Assembly: GCA_030141605.1 (NCBI GenBank)
Contig: JAQGDQ010000677.1
Span: forward strand, 50,470-114,469
DNA: 64,000 bases
Origin: Tubiluchus corallicola
Lineage: Eukaryota > Animalia > Priapulida
Direction: 5' to 3'
Of this stretch, positions 48,495-63,609 are shown one piece after another. Each line of letters begins with the position of its first letter. The first letter of the stretch is position 1. Made by a program: the position numbers and the translations under genes. Under the pieces are notes generated by a model that saw nothing but the letters and a program-made list of their open reading frames with translations, did no database searches and was not told the DNA's origin.

Positions 48495-49276
48495 CACGAC
48501 AATTTGAGAACCTATCATTTTAATATTAAAGAATGGTAGTACCTGAAAAGGACACATATTATTATATTCTCTTTAACCAATGAACTTTAATTTTCACAAA
48601 GCAATTTAATTATCTCTGATGACCTTGTTAAGCGTGCACTTATGCTATAATGTCAATTGTTAATTATTTTTAAATTCGAGGCAAATGATACATCGCGTTG
48701 GATGAGTTGAAGGTCGTAGGAGTAAAAACCTTTATCAACCTGTTCAACTCTATCAACATTCATTGGTAGATTTCGCCCGAGGGACGAGTCATTCCTAAAA
48801 TTAATGTCGTCATTTTAGAAGTTTCTATCGCAATTTAATGCGCAATTTTTTCCGAGGGGTTTTATTGTAGCCGAAAGCAAGATCGATCACATCACATACG
48901 TGACTTTTGACTCCTGCAAATTGGTGATTTATCATTTTGTGATGTGTGGCTCCTCGTGAAAAGTTTTACCTCTGGGGGTATCTCCGACGTATGGCGATGA
49001 ACAAGTTTATGTAACGTATAACATTCGCTTAATCAAAAACATGTCAGGCGCAAAAACGGCCAGAAACGCAGGTTCATAATGGCTAATTCTAAATCAAGTC
49101 ATGCACTTGAGGTTGTATTGAAAAATCGCTCAATATAAATTAGAATCGATCATTATAATTTTTGAAGGTCGTTTTCAATATAGAAAGGTTAATAAGATAA
49201 GATAAGATATTTGTTGATAAAGACAAATAAAGTAATGACATATATTTGTATATATATGCATACACGATTCAGATAA

Positions 49277-49735
49277 TACAGTACAATACAACACAATGCA
49301 ATACAATACAAATCAATACAATGCAATGCAATGCAATACAATACAATAGAATACAATACGATTCAGATAATACAGTACAATACAACACAATGCAATACAA
49401 TACAAATCAATACAATGCAATACAATACAATACAATACAATACAATACAATACAATACAATACAATACAATACAATACAATACAATACAATACAATACAA
49501 TACAATACAATACAATACAATACAATACAATACAATACAATACAATACAATACAATACAATACAACACAATACAAAAACATACAATAGAACACAATACAT
49601 ACAATGCAATGCAATACAATGCAATGCAATGCAATGCAATGCAATACAATACAATATTATGCAACATAACAGAATACAAAAACATACAATGCAACACAAT
49701 AAATACAATACAATACAATGCAATGCAATACAAAA
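49277..49735. repeat. (CAATA)n pentanucleotide repeat
   Basis: Directly visible. Confidence 0.97.
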
Positions 49736-50324
49736 TAAAATACTGACTCAATAAACCTAAATGCAACGCCAATTAATCAGTTTTAGTTTAAGCAGCGAGA
49801 GCTTAAGTTGTAGAATGATTCTCTATACAGAAGAATTATGTCCACGAATAAGAATCTTCAACATCAAATCTCAGGGTCGTTCATTCAAGTATTGGTATGA
49901 AAAGCTAATTACAATTAATAATAATAATTGCAAACATCCAGTTGTTATTTTCTTGTTGACTTGTTATATTAGACGACTTTAAATTGATCACTTTCCGTAC
50001 AAAACTTGGTAGCATAGTTTCCAATCTTTTCAAACAAATAAGCTCTTGGTAGACTTTAGCTGGTATAACTATTAAAAACGCATATTAAACAGACGGGCAG
50101 ACGTATCACAGCCATGCATTGGATGTAGTATGTAGATCTAAAATGAGTTTTATAATATGCGTACACACGCTTGAACTGAATGACAGCTCTAATTACAAAA
50201 GATATGTTTTTTTAAAAATTCTTTAGTACAACTTATTAAGTCCAAAATGGAAAGGGTTGCTTTATGCAAGCTGTTCATAACCTACACCTACGCCTATAAT
50301 CCCTTTACATTTCAAGACACTCCA

Positions 50325-51150
50325 AGCATGGCGTAGCCAGGGGGAGTCTAAAGTTAGGGGGAGCAAGCACATAAATAAGCGTCGTGACACACGACAAACA
50401 ATTCTTAATTAACATTTATTAAACATTTTGATTCTGGATTTAAAATCAAAACACGAGGAAGAGTTTAAAGCCAATCAAAACAGTTTTAAAGGAAGTAAAT
50501 AATAGTTATTTTGTATGTAAAATTAAAACACAATGAAACACTGTGAAAAACGTATCATGAAGGAAATACGACAGTCTCTTTCGTCTTGGCTTCATTCTAG
50601 TAAAGTCATCTATCACTTTATTATAATTCACGTTAGTAGCCAAATCTCTTTCAATGAAGGGCAAAGCTAACCCAGACAATTTATCTATTGTAGAAAGAAA
50701 GTAGGACTTTATCTGTTTCAGCCAATTAAAGGATCATTCAACAACTGCACAGATAAACTAAAGAATTAAAAAATTGTTGAAAAGTCGCCAATTTTGAAAA
50801 ACATTTGTGCTAAGGGAAGCGGTTTCTAAGGGAAGTGGTTGCTAGGGAAGCGGTTGCTAGGGAAAGCGGCTGCTAGGGGAAGCAGTTGCTAGGGGAAGCG
50901 GTTGCTAGGGGAAGCAGTTGCTAGGGAAGGCGGCTGCTAGGGGAAGCGGTTGCTAGGGGAAGTGGTTGCTAGGGGAAGCAGTTGCTAGGGAAGGCGGCTG
51001 CTAGGGGAAGCGGTTGCTAGGGGAAGCGGTTGCTAAGGAAAGCAGCTGCTAGGGGAAGCGGTTGCTAGGGGAAGCAGTTGCTAGGGGAAACGGTTGCTAG
51101 GGGACGCGGTTGCTAGGGGAAGCGGTTGCTCCCCTTGCTCACCCATTGCA
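50325..51150 (-). mobile_element. Deleted hAT (Tip100/ZMYM1-like) transposon with transposase dimerization-domain relic and 16-bp minisatellite
   Basis: 50578-50750 minus translates CAVVE*SFNWLKQIKSYFLSTIDKLSGLALPFIERDL...KVIDDFTRMKPRR (hATC ERSF motif); end resembles CAGTGGCGTAGCCA; GGGGAAGCGGTTGCTA repeats at 50810-51130. Confidence 0.8.
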
Positions 51151-52121
51151 CAAGAATTTTTTACCTTTCCACCATCTACATATTCAGTAGTCTGCTAAAT
51201 CATTGTGCCATTGTGATACAGATGAAGATATGAATTTACGCCTTCTAGGCAATTTCATTTCGCATAATCGTCAACTTTTGGGTCGATGTTCGCTGTCTAA
51301 AATTTGACACTTAATTTAACAGGGCATGAAATGTAAAATTTATTAAACTTCATTCCCACCCGCTAAGGGACATTATGCCTCTCAAAAATTTGATAAATTA
51401 TAACCTGCCATTACAGGCGCACCATTTTGAAGGTCCACTGACACCCTGGTAGACACTTGTTGTCAAAATTTACTACTGACTAGCGTGATATAAAAAAGCG
51501 AGTTCGTTTTTTTATAAACTTGCGCGTTTCGCTTTGGTTAGCACTGAAACACTTCAAATTTATTACCGTACAGACCAAAAATTTCGGGGAAGAAAGCGAA
51601 AATGACGTCCCGTAAGGAACGACATTGCGCATGCGTGACACTCGCTGTATTTACATGTGGGAAAAGTCAAACCTTACGCCACCAATGAAGAGATTATGGC
51701 AATGAAGCATTTTTAATGTTAAGCTCAATTCATACCTTTGTTCACACTCACTTAAATACGCTATATTTTATAGAAAATATTAATAATCAGGTACAACAAT
51801 GTACTCTAAAGTCGTTTGATACTTTTCTTATTTTTAAAAAACAAATTTAGTAAGAAAAAACATACTAAACATATCATTAGCATGAGAAGTATGTTTGTAA
51901 CATTGTATGCGTTTTTATCTCACGTTTGGAATTTGGAAAAAGTTTCACCTGGTTAACTATTCGGTACCTAATAGAGTCATGATCATAAGTAACGCGTAAA
52001 ATGGGAAACGAAACGAAACTGTCTTTTCTCAACACCTTAACAATGTCTGCAAAATACTTAGCTAATGTAGGCTAAACTTGGCCAAGTTGCGTTTGAAGAA
52101 ACTTATGTTTAAAATTATTAT

Positions 52122-52498
<377 letters not shown>

Positions 52499-53171
52499 TA
52501 GACTGACGATTTTATGTTTATTAATGCAACGTCGAAGGTTACATTCGTAAAAAAGAAAAGTAACGCGCGCATATATTTATTTTTATATGCATATTTTCCG
52601 ATTTTGAAGTGACTAGTAGAACTTTAGTCAACACATAAACAGGTCTGACATTTCATTGACTAACATTATTAATTGTACATGAACTTTGTATATGAGAAAT
52701 ACGACAAGTATGTCTTAATTTAGACATGATAATACAGTACAAAACTCCAAAGTAGCTACAGCTAACTGTTTCACTGTGAAATGAACTTTCTTGCTGCGTA
52801 GGAATTCAAATTTTCAGAAAAAATTTTCTGACAGCAATTTTGTGCGTCATTTTTCTTTGCGTCCTCGCTGTGAAAAGGGCCTTAGACGTTCCTCTCCTCA
52901 AAATTAGTAACATTCTGCTCTTCCAAGCCTGGATGCCCAACCAGTCCAACATGCTGTGACATACAAGCAACCCATATCTTCATCTTTCTATTGTCACGCT
53001 ATCACAGCTCAGTGTTGGTGGTCCAAGTTTTTAACACGTTTATTTCTGCTGTACTTATTCTAAGCAGTAATCGAATCACGTGACGCACAGATATAGGTCT
53101 GTTGTATGATGGAACTATAATATATACGGTGTAACTTAGAGGTCTACTAAATTATAGGAAGTCGAAGTTAA

Positions 53172-53855
53172 CGGACAAGAAAAGGGGGTACCTGAAGTAG
53201 GTTTCAGAAAAATCGCCTTAGAAATTACATTACTTTATAGCAATTTTATGCGTATATCTTACTCGCACTGAAAGGAATTTTAGTTTGTTTTCATTTTAAA
53301 TCTCCCGCAATACTGTTCTGACGGCGCCATTACATGACGTCATGTACCAAACGTAAATCAAGGGAAGGAAAGGCAATGTTAAATTATATCTCAAAAGACT
53401 TTCCGTGCAAATCTATATTATGTAGATTTTCGCTTACCTGCTAGAAAGACTTATGTAACTAGAAAAGAAAATTATTAATTATTTAAAATGTTTTCACCAA
53501 TTGGTAAAATGTCGCTGACTCACCCTCCAGGGTGCACCACTCAGTAACCAAAAACGTATTTTTTAATCTTATTCACAAGATACAGTAATTTTAAATTTTA
53601 TTTAATTAGTGACTTGTGCGCTACGAATATTCTGATTATTTTTTCAAACTTTACACATTGTTATCTAAACTTGTTTCAAATGACTTATCGTCAAAATGGC
53701 TGCGTCTAACGGTCATCGCGGGTGTTTAAATTTACATGTTTTATACAGCGTTACTGCCGATTGAAGTCCTGCATGCAAAAAGGCAGTACGTAAGTGATAT
53801 AAAATTTCAAAACATATTTTTCAACCTTTATGTTTATGAAGAGTTTTCTTGTGCT
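53172..53855. mobile_element. Kolobok-type MITE family K1, full copy
   Basis: TTAA-CGGACAAGAAAAG...TTTTCTTGTGCT-TTAA; inverted homologue of 3354-4035. Confidence 0.8.
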
Positions 53856-53859
53856 TTAA

Positions 53860-54408
53860 GAAGGGTACGTCATTTAGTATGTTGAGTTTATTTTACTGAT
53901 ATCACTTAAAGTTGGAAAAATACAAAAAAGAAATTTACAAAAATATCTGTAAAGCGTAAAATTAAATTATACTATCACCGTATACGAATTTTCAAGTGCG
54001 GGTGGTAGCTGTAATTCATTTGAAAATTATGACGTAACTGGTGGACTTCGTGACTCTTCGTAAACGCATCGTAGCTTTCCGTAAGCGCGTGCTGCTTAAT
54101 CTAATTCAAACTCCTGCAGCTTACCTAATGTTTTTTTTTGCAAAAAAATACCACAAAATTAGCTATCCAATTTTTTGTAGAAGCTTATTTTACTTTTGAC
54201 GAGCATTGACAGTGCGCTACTTTCTTCAAAACGAATGACGTCATTGGAAGAAGAATGGACTTTGAAAATAAAAGCCCCCAAGCATGAAGTGATCGCGACT
54301 TTAAAGTGATTTTACTAATTACACGAGGCACTTTTATTACTAAATCCTTCTAACATTTTTCGTGAACCTTGAAATAAGTCCAACTTCCCAGAAGACTTGA
54401 CCTTTCCT
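53860..54408. mobile_element. Kolobok-type MITE family K3, abutting K1
   Basis: Homologous to about 41250-41762; ends GACTTGACCTTTCCT-TTAA. Confidence 0.72.
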
Positions 54409-55424
54409 TTAATAATGTTAAAATAAATAAAAAACCGAGAGAGATTTGCCTTAAATTACGCTAGGCGTCGCGGCTTGCGGTGATCCCAACTGCTTAAGAA
54501 TCTCTTACACTATCTTGCTCACCAGAAAACGTCATATCAAACAAAGTCTTCCCATTTTACCGTTTCTGCGAAGATTATAATTAGATCCCGGGGCCTGAAA
54601 CGGGTTTTATTGCCCACCACCCACCTCCATTGTCCTGTTCCCCGATTACGTTAATATCACTTGTCTGCTGCGCCCTCGCAAACTCCTATTCCTGGCTAAT
54701 TAAAGCAGCTGTGTTGTATAATAAGTGGGGTGTAATGCGACTGAAACAATAGCCTGATTAGTCGTCTTACGCATTGTTACTTTAGTAGGACTTTGGGATA
54801 TTTGCTAAGGTGAGTAAGCGTGTCTCTGTGCTAGGTAACAAGGTTACCTCAACTTGTGCAATACTTGCCCAGGTAACAATTTAATTAGGATTAAATTACA
54901 AAGAGAAACCTGATTATGACGTATTAGCAGCTCTCCGACGGCATGAGCTTCTCATTCAGTTAAAAAAACGGATTTTTGCTAATTATCTTATAATCCGAGT
55001 TTTTCAACGTAAAAACCGAAGAAAAACAAGAATAAAAAGAAAAAGAGGAAAAGTCGCACACGGAGAAGGATGGAACAATAAAATGAATGTAGCGAAAAAG
55101 GATAAACAGGCAACATTAAAAAATAACGAAGAACAAAGGTGATGATGACTATGATGACAATAACGGCAATGATGATGACGATGATATAATAATGATGGCG
55201 ACAATGAGATGATAAAGGCAATGTTAAAGACTTTTTTGATACCAAGGCATAGATCATTGATCGATCATATTAAAATAATATTATAAACTGACCAATAAAA
55301 ACCCGACTGCCTAGTTACTAGGATTCTAGTTTATCAAACAAGAAGATTAAAAAGTAGATTAAATTTATTCACTAATTATTACAATATATAGAATAAACAG
55401 AAGTCACCGGCATTGTATAGAATA

Positions 55425-55865
55425 TATAGTATAGTATTGTACAGAATAGTATAGTATAGTATAGTATAGTATGGTATGGTATGGTATGGTATGGTATGGT
55501 ATGGTATGGTATGGTATGGTATGGTATGGTATGGTATGGTATAGTATAGCATAGCATAACTATAGTATAGTATAGCATAGTATAGTGTAGTGTAGTATAA
55601 TATAGTATAGTATAGTATAGTATAGTATAGTATAGTATAGTATAGTATAGTATAGTATAGTATAGTATAGTATAGCATAGCATAGCATAGCATAGCATAG
55701 CATAGTATAGCATAGCATAGTATAGTGTAGTATAGTATAGCATGGTATAGTGTGGTATGGTATGGTATGGTATGGTGTGGTATAGTATGGCATAGCATAG
55801 CTATAGTATAGTATAGTATAGCATAGCATAGCATAGTATAGTATGGTATGGTATGGTATAGTATT
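55425..55865. repeat. (TATAG/TATGG/CATAG)n pentanucleotide repeat
   Basis: Directly visible. Confidence 0.97.
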
Positions 55866-55939
55866 GTTAGTATATTATAGTGTCACCCTTCATTTTACAA
55901 CAATTTAAAACACAAGGAGTTTTAGTTACTTGATCTTGC

Positions 55940-56210
55940 CAATAAAATCAATACAGGTACTGTGTTTTTAGTAAGTCAGTGGTGCACACTGGGAAGGTGA
56001 GTCAGTGGTGCACACTGGGAAGGTGAGTCAGCGGTGCACACTGGGAAGGTGAGTCAGTGACGTTTTACCAAATGGCGCGAACATTTTAAGTTACTAAGAA
56101 TTTTCTTTTCTAGTAACGCAAGTCTTTCAAACAAGCAAGCTGGAGTAACTTTGTATGGAAAGTTTTTTTTTTTGATACGCAGTTTAAAATTGATTTTTCT
56201 TCCCCCTCTA
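55940..56210. mobile_element. K1-related MITE fragment with a 26-bp x3 internal repeat
   Basis: GTCAGTGGTGCACACTGGGAAGGTGA x3 (55975-56052); downstream sequence aligns with 40250-40410. Confidence 0.7.
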
Positions 56211-56857
56211 AGAATATCAGCGTGTGAAGGAAATTTCCCCCTTTCCAGATTACATGTGCCTCTGAAAGATGCTGCAGATGGACTTGCCTGTATTTACACC
56301 TTTGTCCTTGGGCTGTGAAGAGTTTGTCTGGAGGCTCTCCAGTAAATCTCCCCTTATAAAAGAGGAAACCACAGGGGAAGTGAACAAGGCGCAGCTGGAC
56401 ATGTATCCGATGCATCTTCTGATACGGGAATGACTCGGACGTGTGGCAGAGGGATGAATAGGCGCAGACGATGCATCTATATTTATCCACGTGGACAATG
56501 GTCAGATTAGCCGCTGACCATCGGTGCATTATGCAACCTTGCTCAATGCGCGTATAATGTGCCATAATGAACTGTCCGCGAAACAATAGCCACTTTGGGG
56601 CAACACCGGGGGAGGTAAACAGGGACTTTGGCTGAATATAGATTGAATCACAATTATCTTTAAGCCTTGATGGTATAATTACGGTCAAATTGTCTTTGAG
56701 AGAGTAAACTTGCCAAATCAAAATCAAATTTAGAAAACGTTAGTAAATTTCAGATACCAAGAATTATCTAACTCTCTAGGAAATGCTAAAGTTAAACTGC
56801 TTTAACAATATTATTGTGGGTTTGGACTCTTATCCTTCTTTCCTCCTCTCTTATTCA

Positions 56858-57321
<464 letters not shown>

Positions 57322-60300
57322 TGGGCTCTTCCTTCAATCATTTCTCGTGTTTCCTCTTTCTTTATCCCAGCAGTTCACACAAAAAGAAGTTCTGAACTTT
57401 AACAATTATCTATTTACAACTATAACTGCAGCCCGCGTTATTGCGCCCCTCAATAGAGTAACATGACGCAACGATTGACTCATAACAGCGTTATGAATTG
57501 ATGTGATTTTCTCTGTTACAATTATTACTCCCCGTTAAAGCAGCAATCCGCGTTACATAAGCTTGACCAGTGGCCGACAGGTGGTTGCGTCACAAATGAC
57601 CACTGGTTAGATCAGCGGCTGACAATACCTCACGTAACACAGTTAGAGATGGATGCCAAGTTTTATAATGGTGATGTAAAACTTTGCGTAATTCGTCCAG
57701 TGTTGGTCTAACCCAAGGCCCTCTATATTTTAGGACAGTTGATTGACACTGTGGTAATAATAATTATCATGCTTGACCAGTAAAAATAAATGTTCTTAAA
57801 TGATTATGACGTAATGCATTCATTTCGCTAAATAAAATTAGATGATTTCATAAGAAAATGTTACTAGCGCCATTTTAACTAGGGATTAAATTTGTGTAGT
57901 TCTTGAGATTACTCATTGTAACTCTTGCGGATTTAAACATTGAATTTAAATCTAATAATTTGGTTTATCAATTTATCTGCATTTTTATGTTACTTCACAG
58001 GAAACTTGCTGCATTAATAACCTTGATTTTAGCACGCACTTCAATACTTCTTGTTTAATATCACTGTAAGAAATGTTATACGCACAAATTAGAAAAGCTA
58101 ATTACAGAATCCGTAAATGTAATATTGTAGAATTCACTCTGTCTAGTGGCTACGTAAAATTGTATAATGTTAGTACAGATATTTTTGCCTGCAAAAAGAG
58201 GCTAATAAAGACTTATCAGCATCATCATCATCATCATCATCCATTTTAAACGTAATTACAATTTTACGTGATTCTGCGATAATGTTTCTTAAATAAAATT
58301 TTTGGTTCAAAATATTTTTGCGATATTGCGATTCAAAATTTTTTTCAGTCGATGTCAAACTGTAAACCTGCTTCCGTGTAACTGTGTCATTTCATTCGCG
58401 AAACCTTCAAATATCGCCAATAATCACGCAATGGTAACATCAATAGTGACATGTCACTGACATCTTATTAAACCCTACCAGGTAAATCAGTGTACTATTA
58501 AGAGTCATTTATAGATGAACTTATTAAAGAGTAACCTTACGTAACAATTACGCCTACCGAGTTAATAACAGTCGTGTACAAATGTCCAAATTTCTCATTA
58601 AGTTAGTACGTCCCAAAAACCACGCGACGCCTATCATTTGCAAATTTTGCAAAGAAATAAGTCGAAAGGTTATACGAGTTGATAAGATTTAACACGGGTA
58701 AAGATTTCTATGTCTACTTTGAGGCTAATCAGTTTGGCATTAAAATTTCTCTGAGAACGTTAACCTCGGTGACATCTCCTTTTGACATCTTTATAGAAGA
58801 TAATTGTAGTTTCCAATTTAAGTTATTATATGCTTTAGTGCCATAGAAAAACACGACCGCAGGCAGAGATGTGTCAACGAAATTTCTGATGAAATCAATT
58901 GACTCCGCCATGTTGCATTTAATTGAAATTAAACAATTCGCATTCGGTTCACGCACCAGGAAATCAACGCGACAGTTCGACTCAGAGAATTACTGTCATT
59001 ATGTTATACTGATCCTTATCGTACATACGGAATTGTGCTACAAAGCAAATGTCACGTTCCATATTGTCTACATTGGTCGTTTTATGTTGCATATAACGAA
59101 AAAACGTGGACGCATTGTGAACGCGGCTTTTGCCGATACGCATTCGCGTTTCTGATTTTGCAAAAATGCCTGGCCTCCTGTAAAGCGACGTCTCATAATT
59201 GATATGACAACTTCGTATGAGAGCACTGAACTTAGAGAAAGGGGGCGCTTTTAACATCTGAGCATAATATCAGATCAAATCATCTATTCGGGCTTTTAAT
59301 TTTTCAATTCGCATTGTTGTTACTATCAAAGGGAAGTTCTGACGATGAACTCTGCGCTTGCGCAATGTAAACTTCGGAACATACATGTGTGGAAAGCTCA
59401 TGTGAGGCTTACTAACAAAAATTACAACTGATTACACCCCCACAACTGGGTAATGTTTAAAACGAAACGAATTTTAATGCGCACCAGTGTGTTTGATTTT
59501 GTTAAATTTATCAAATTTTCCGCCCCCAGAGACCAACACTTTCCTAGTGTATTTACAGGATAGCTACTCCCTAACCCACCCAGTTCTATAAAAACGACAT
59601 GGTTACCCCACATTTCAACGTAACCCCATCGCCTACGCACCTGGTAAGAACATTTTCCATAGGGAACTTCACTATTGTTCGTCTGGCTATAAAAATCCGC
59701 CGCTCGATTTATTTTTGTATTTAGTATATCGTAAAGTTTAAGACACGTCGGCGACATAAATTTCATACGTAACATGTCGCTGCGTTGTATTAACATTTAA
59801 GAGCCCATTGTCAATGTCGGACAAAAGGCAATGAACCAAAAATTGTTGCATTAAAAACTGACATGTACGAACGTGTACTTTAAATTTGGCTTTGGAATTT
59901 TGGATTGAGTTATGAATTTATTCCACAGCAACACAAACATACACGCAAATTGATATTACATCGGAAAAAAACAAAAAACTATGCGAGTTACTGTGAGGAG
60001 GGGGAAGGAGCATTGAGCTTTCGAGTCCACCTCCAGATAAGTGAAACAATCGACAATTAACATTACATTTTCATCAGTTATAACGTGCATTAGAACAAAA
60101 TAAGTTTTGTTAGTAACCTAAGATCAGGATGAGTAAAATTGTGAGTTAATTATACCGCTGTATATTTATATTTATATTTATAACGGTTTAATATTTATAA
60201 GGGGTTTACCACAATTTTGCAAAAGAGGGTAACACAAGCATTTTTGTAAAGTAATTAATGCCTAATTAGTAATTAGTAATAAGTAATAAGCGTCTAAGAC

Positions 60301-61813
60301 AATTTCAGTTTACCTATATGTAATTGCAATATATAACAAATTATTGCGTATGCGTATTCATTTTTGCATACATGTGAGTAAAGGATCTTAAACCCCTAAA
60401 TTTATACATATCACTTTTGTCTTAGGGCACTTAGTTCTAGGTATATGCATTAGTCGATATATTTTCAAGGGTTAGAATTAGATAAGTCTGGGTTAGTTGA
60501 CCAAGTGATTTAGATTTCGGACTGCAACCATGCCATCTTGAGTTCGACTCCAGCGGCTGCCAACGTCAAGGCATATACCTTGCATGTTATTGTTATTTGT
60601 GTTTTGTGTCCTTATTTGTATTGTTTTGTATTTGTATTGTATTTATTTGTATTGTATTTGTATTGTATTTATTTGTATTGTATTTGTATTGTATTTATTT
60701 GTATTGTTGCAAATCGCTAAATAGCCGTTAGTGCTAATGTTGTCTGCTAAAACGGCGACGGTAAAAGAATCTTGCCTTTGTCTTTAGATATTATGTTTAT
60801 CGGCAAACCGTTTCTTAAAACAACAAATAATTAAACCATTAAGGTAATTCTATAAACCAGAAGGCAAATTGGAAATACTCTCCCTGAATTAATCTTCAAA
60901 ATCTCGTCGACACTGAAATGGACACGAATTTTTAATTTCAGGCGAGACAAACGAATTAACTGCAACGTCATTTGTGGAACTAATAACGCTAAATTTCTAA
61001 ACAGACAATTCTTTCCTATGTTTTTGTGTAGCAATTTGGCAGCAGGTATAGAGCGCGCATGGCGCACGCGTTCTTTGCATTTGTGAGCTAAACTGGATTT
61101 TTTGCTAAACGCGATAACATCTCTTTCGCTTCACTTGTGCAGTTTTACATTGATTAATGCCGCAAAGAAATTATGACAAAAGTTGCAAATTACATAACGC
61201 AAGAAAAAGAAAGCCAGAGAGAAGAACGTGTTAGTAAAAATTAGCATTACACAATATACAAGTCTGAAAAAATAACTTTGTTCAGATAAATAACGAATTT
61301 TTTACAAAAAATATCAGAACGCGTTGGGAAAAAGCGGATATAAAAAACGTTCTCACCCGAAGATAAAAGACAATCGCTCCCATATGTTCATTTTAACCCT
61401 TTGTCATTTTCCGTTTATAACGGTTTCGTACAATGCTAGTTGATTTACTTAACAGTTTATCATACAAATGTATGTAATAATTGTAATAAAAAATCAACTG
61501 AATAGTTTTACAATCGACAAGAATTGATTTAGAATCGATACGACTAATCAACGTGCTACGGTGATGGAAACAATTTATCTAATTACTGTAATAAATGTAT
61601 TTTTCTTGAGTAATTAAAAACAGTTTTCGTTTTTGGCCGCGCAACAATTCCAGCAAAATACATTCTGAACCAGAAGTAAAAGTAAAATAGATTTTAAACG
61701 ACTTTTGCGAAGAGATGATTAGCCTTTTTGCGAATTTACGATAGACTGAAATTGTGTAAAAATAACACTAGTAGCTGCTATTGTTAATAAAACAGACATC
61801 CGGTAGTTATTAA

Positions 61814-62255
61814 CCCTTTCAGTCCCAAATTATTTTTTTAATAAGAAAAAAATTTTTGGTTTGGTACTTTCGTTCAGTATGTCCATCTTGTTTACACATA
61901 ATAATTTTTTCTACCTGTGCCCGCGTGCTAAATATACCCTGTATCCCAGGGGATACATTGGGATTCAATGGAAGCATAAAATCTGGATGCTTCATTTAAG
62001 AGAATTATTTAAGAGATTAGTAAGCATGCTATGCTGATCTGTACAAAGTCGTCTCTAAAGTACTGTACCTTGCACAGTTTTTTATGCTACGTAGATTTTC
62101 TAGTTTGCCATTTTATCACCATTTTTAGTCTATTGTTATTGGCTTAAATCAAAATAACTATTAACAGATCAAATAACTCTCAATTTTAAAATTTTAATAA
62201 TTTTTAAGGCAGAAAATATTCTTGTATCCCACGGGATGCAACGTGTATGAAAGGG
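61814..62255. mobile_element. piggyBac-like MITE
   Basis: TTAA-CCCTTTCA...TGAAAGGG-TTAA; internal palindromic TATCCCNNGGGAT motif occurs twice. Confidence 0.75.
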
Positions 62256-62655
62256 TTAATAATATTATAAGATCACATCCCTTCGAACAACAATAATAAT
62301 TACAGTAATAATTAAATTTCCTGCCAAAACGAAGTAATTTTAGACACATTATCGTCAAGTTAATAGATATTTTTTATAAATTTTAGATTCTATTATTTTA
62401 GTAAAGTCACAGCTAATAGACGTACGCATAAAACGGCTATGTGATTTGAAACATAACGACTAACACGAGACACTCAGAAAGAGTTACTGATATTATATGA
62501 AACATTTCTGCAGGAAGCTTCGAGACATTACCGCAACAAACATTGATTGTTGGACATCAAAGCACAAAACTACCCCGCCATCATAACCATTAAAATTAAA
62601 ATCAATGGTAGAACGGAAACACGTTTTAAAGTGCAAACAACAATTTTAAACTCAC

Positions 62656-62841
62656 GTGTTTTGCGTCTAGCGTTGAATACACTTCCAGTTTTTCCCGTCG
62701 TACGTTTCCCTGAAATGGTTTAAACGTGGTTCCTTTGGCAACAGACTCTCGTGTCCAAACGCCGACCTCCATTTCGAAGATTCCGGAACCGGGTTTCAGA
62801 ACTAATCCCAGTTGAGACGGAATCAACACACAAGTTTCCAT
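62656..62841 (-). CDS. PRDM-like gene, exon 1 (start of PR/SET domain); full model ~716 aa with 6 C2H2 fingers
   Basis: METCVLIPSQLGLVLKPGSG...GVWTRESVAKGTTFKPFQG resembles the PR motif GVWA..I..G..FGPY.G; donor CAC|gtgagt is phase 0 and joins exon 2 in frame; the eight exons sum to 2151 nt = 717 codons. Confidence 0.88.
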
Positions 62842-63609
62842 AGTTGAAATTTTATAAAAACTAATCCTTCGAGAAATTGAAATTCGTGAAAATCATAGTT
62901 TCTTTGCATTCGCTTCGAATGGTTTTTTTGCCGTCCGTTCCATACCAGTTTAACCTTGTGTACAGAAATGTTGGCGATGTTTCTCAACAATCTGGTACTC
63001 TCAGTGTCTGTCAAGTAGTGCTCGATTGTGATTGGTGTATTATGTGACAACACGGGCAAGGGTTGAACGAGGTTCCTCGCTGAGCTAACTGGTTCTGCCT
63101 CATTTAATATGATCACCGGACAGTGAGCCAGAGGCGAGAAGAGTCGAATAGCGTAACAACTCTTCCCCCAACATCTGCTGAGAGAGAAAAAACACCTTAT
63201 ACTGCCACTGATTAATATTTTTTACATGAGCGCAGGTGCAGTTATGTGAAGTTAGTCAGGTATTATTAATTGCAACATACTTATGTAATTTGTGGATGCC
63301 GCGAAGCATAGGTCTAGTCTGAAGTCAATTCTTCAATGGTTTTATGACAATTTGTGATATAAAAAAAAGAAACGAACAAGAGAATAACGAGCGAACAGAC
63401 ATACAGTCACGTGAAGGAACAAATAAGTGTTCTTAAGGAGCTGTTATAACAATAATACAAAAAGCGCCACCCTCGACCCGTTCCCGTTCTCTACATCTCA
63501 GCCGTATAACTTTTGCAAAAAACGGCCGAAAAATGGCCATTTTTGGAGGTTTTTCGCCCCCCCCCTTCCGGTGCACTTAAAAAGTAGACTTGCTAAGCAA
63601 GACCTTGTT

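Noticed and set aside
56110-56727. 205-aa ORF in intron 1
   Set aside because: No domain, non-ATG start, runs into a MITE fragment, and is not needed for the in-frame exon 1-exon 2 join.
60490-60575. tRNA-Cys-like sequence
   Set aside because: Only a B-box (GAGTTCGACTC) and a decayed cloverleaf remain; at most a SINE head remnant.
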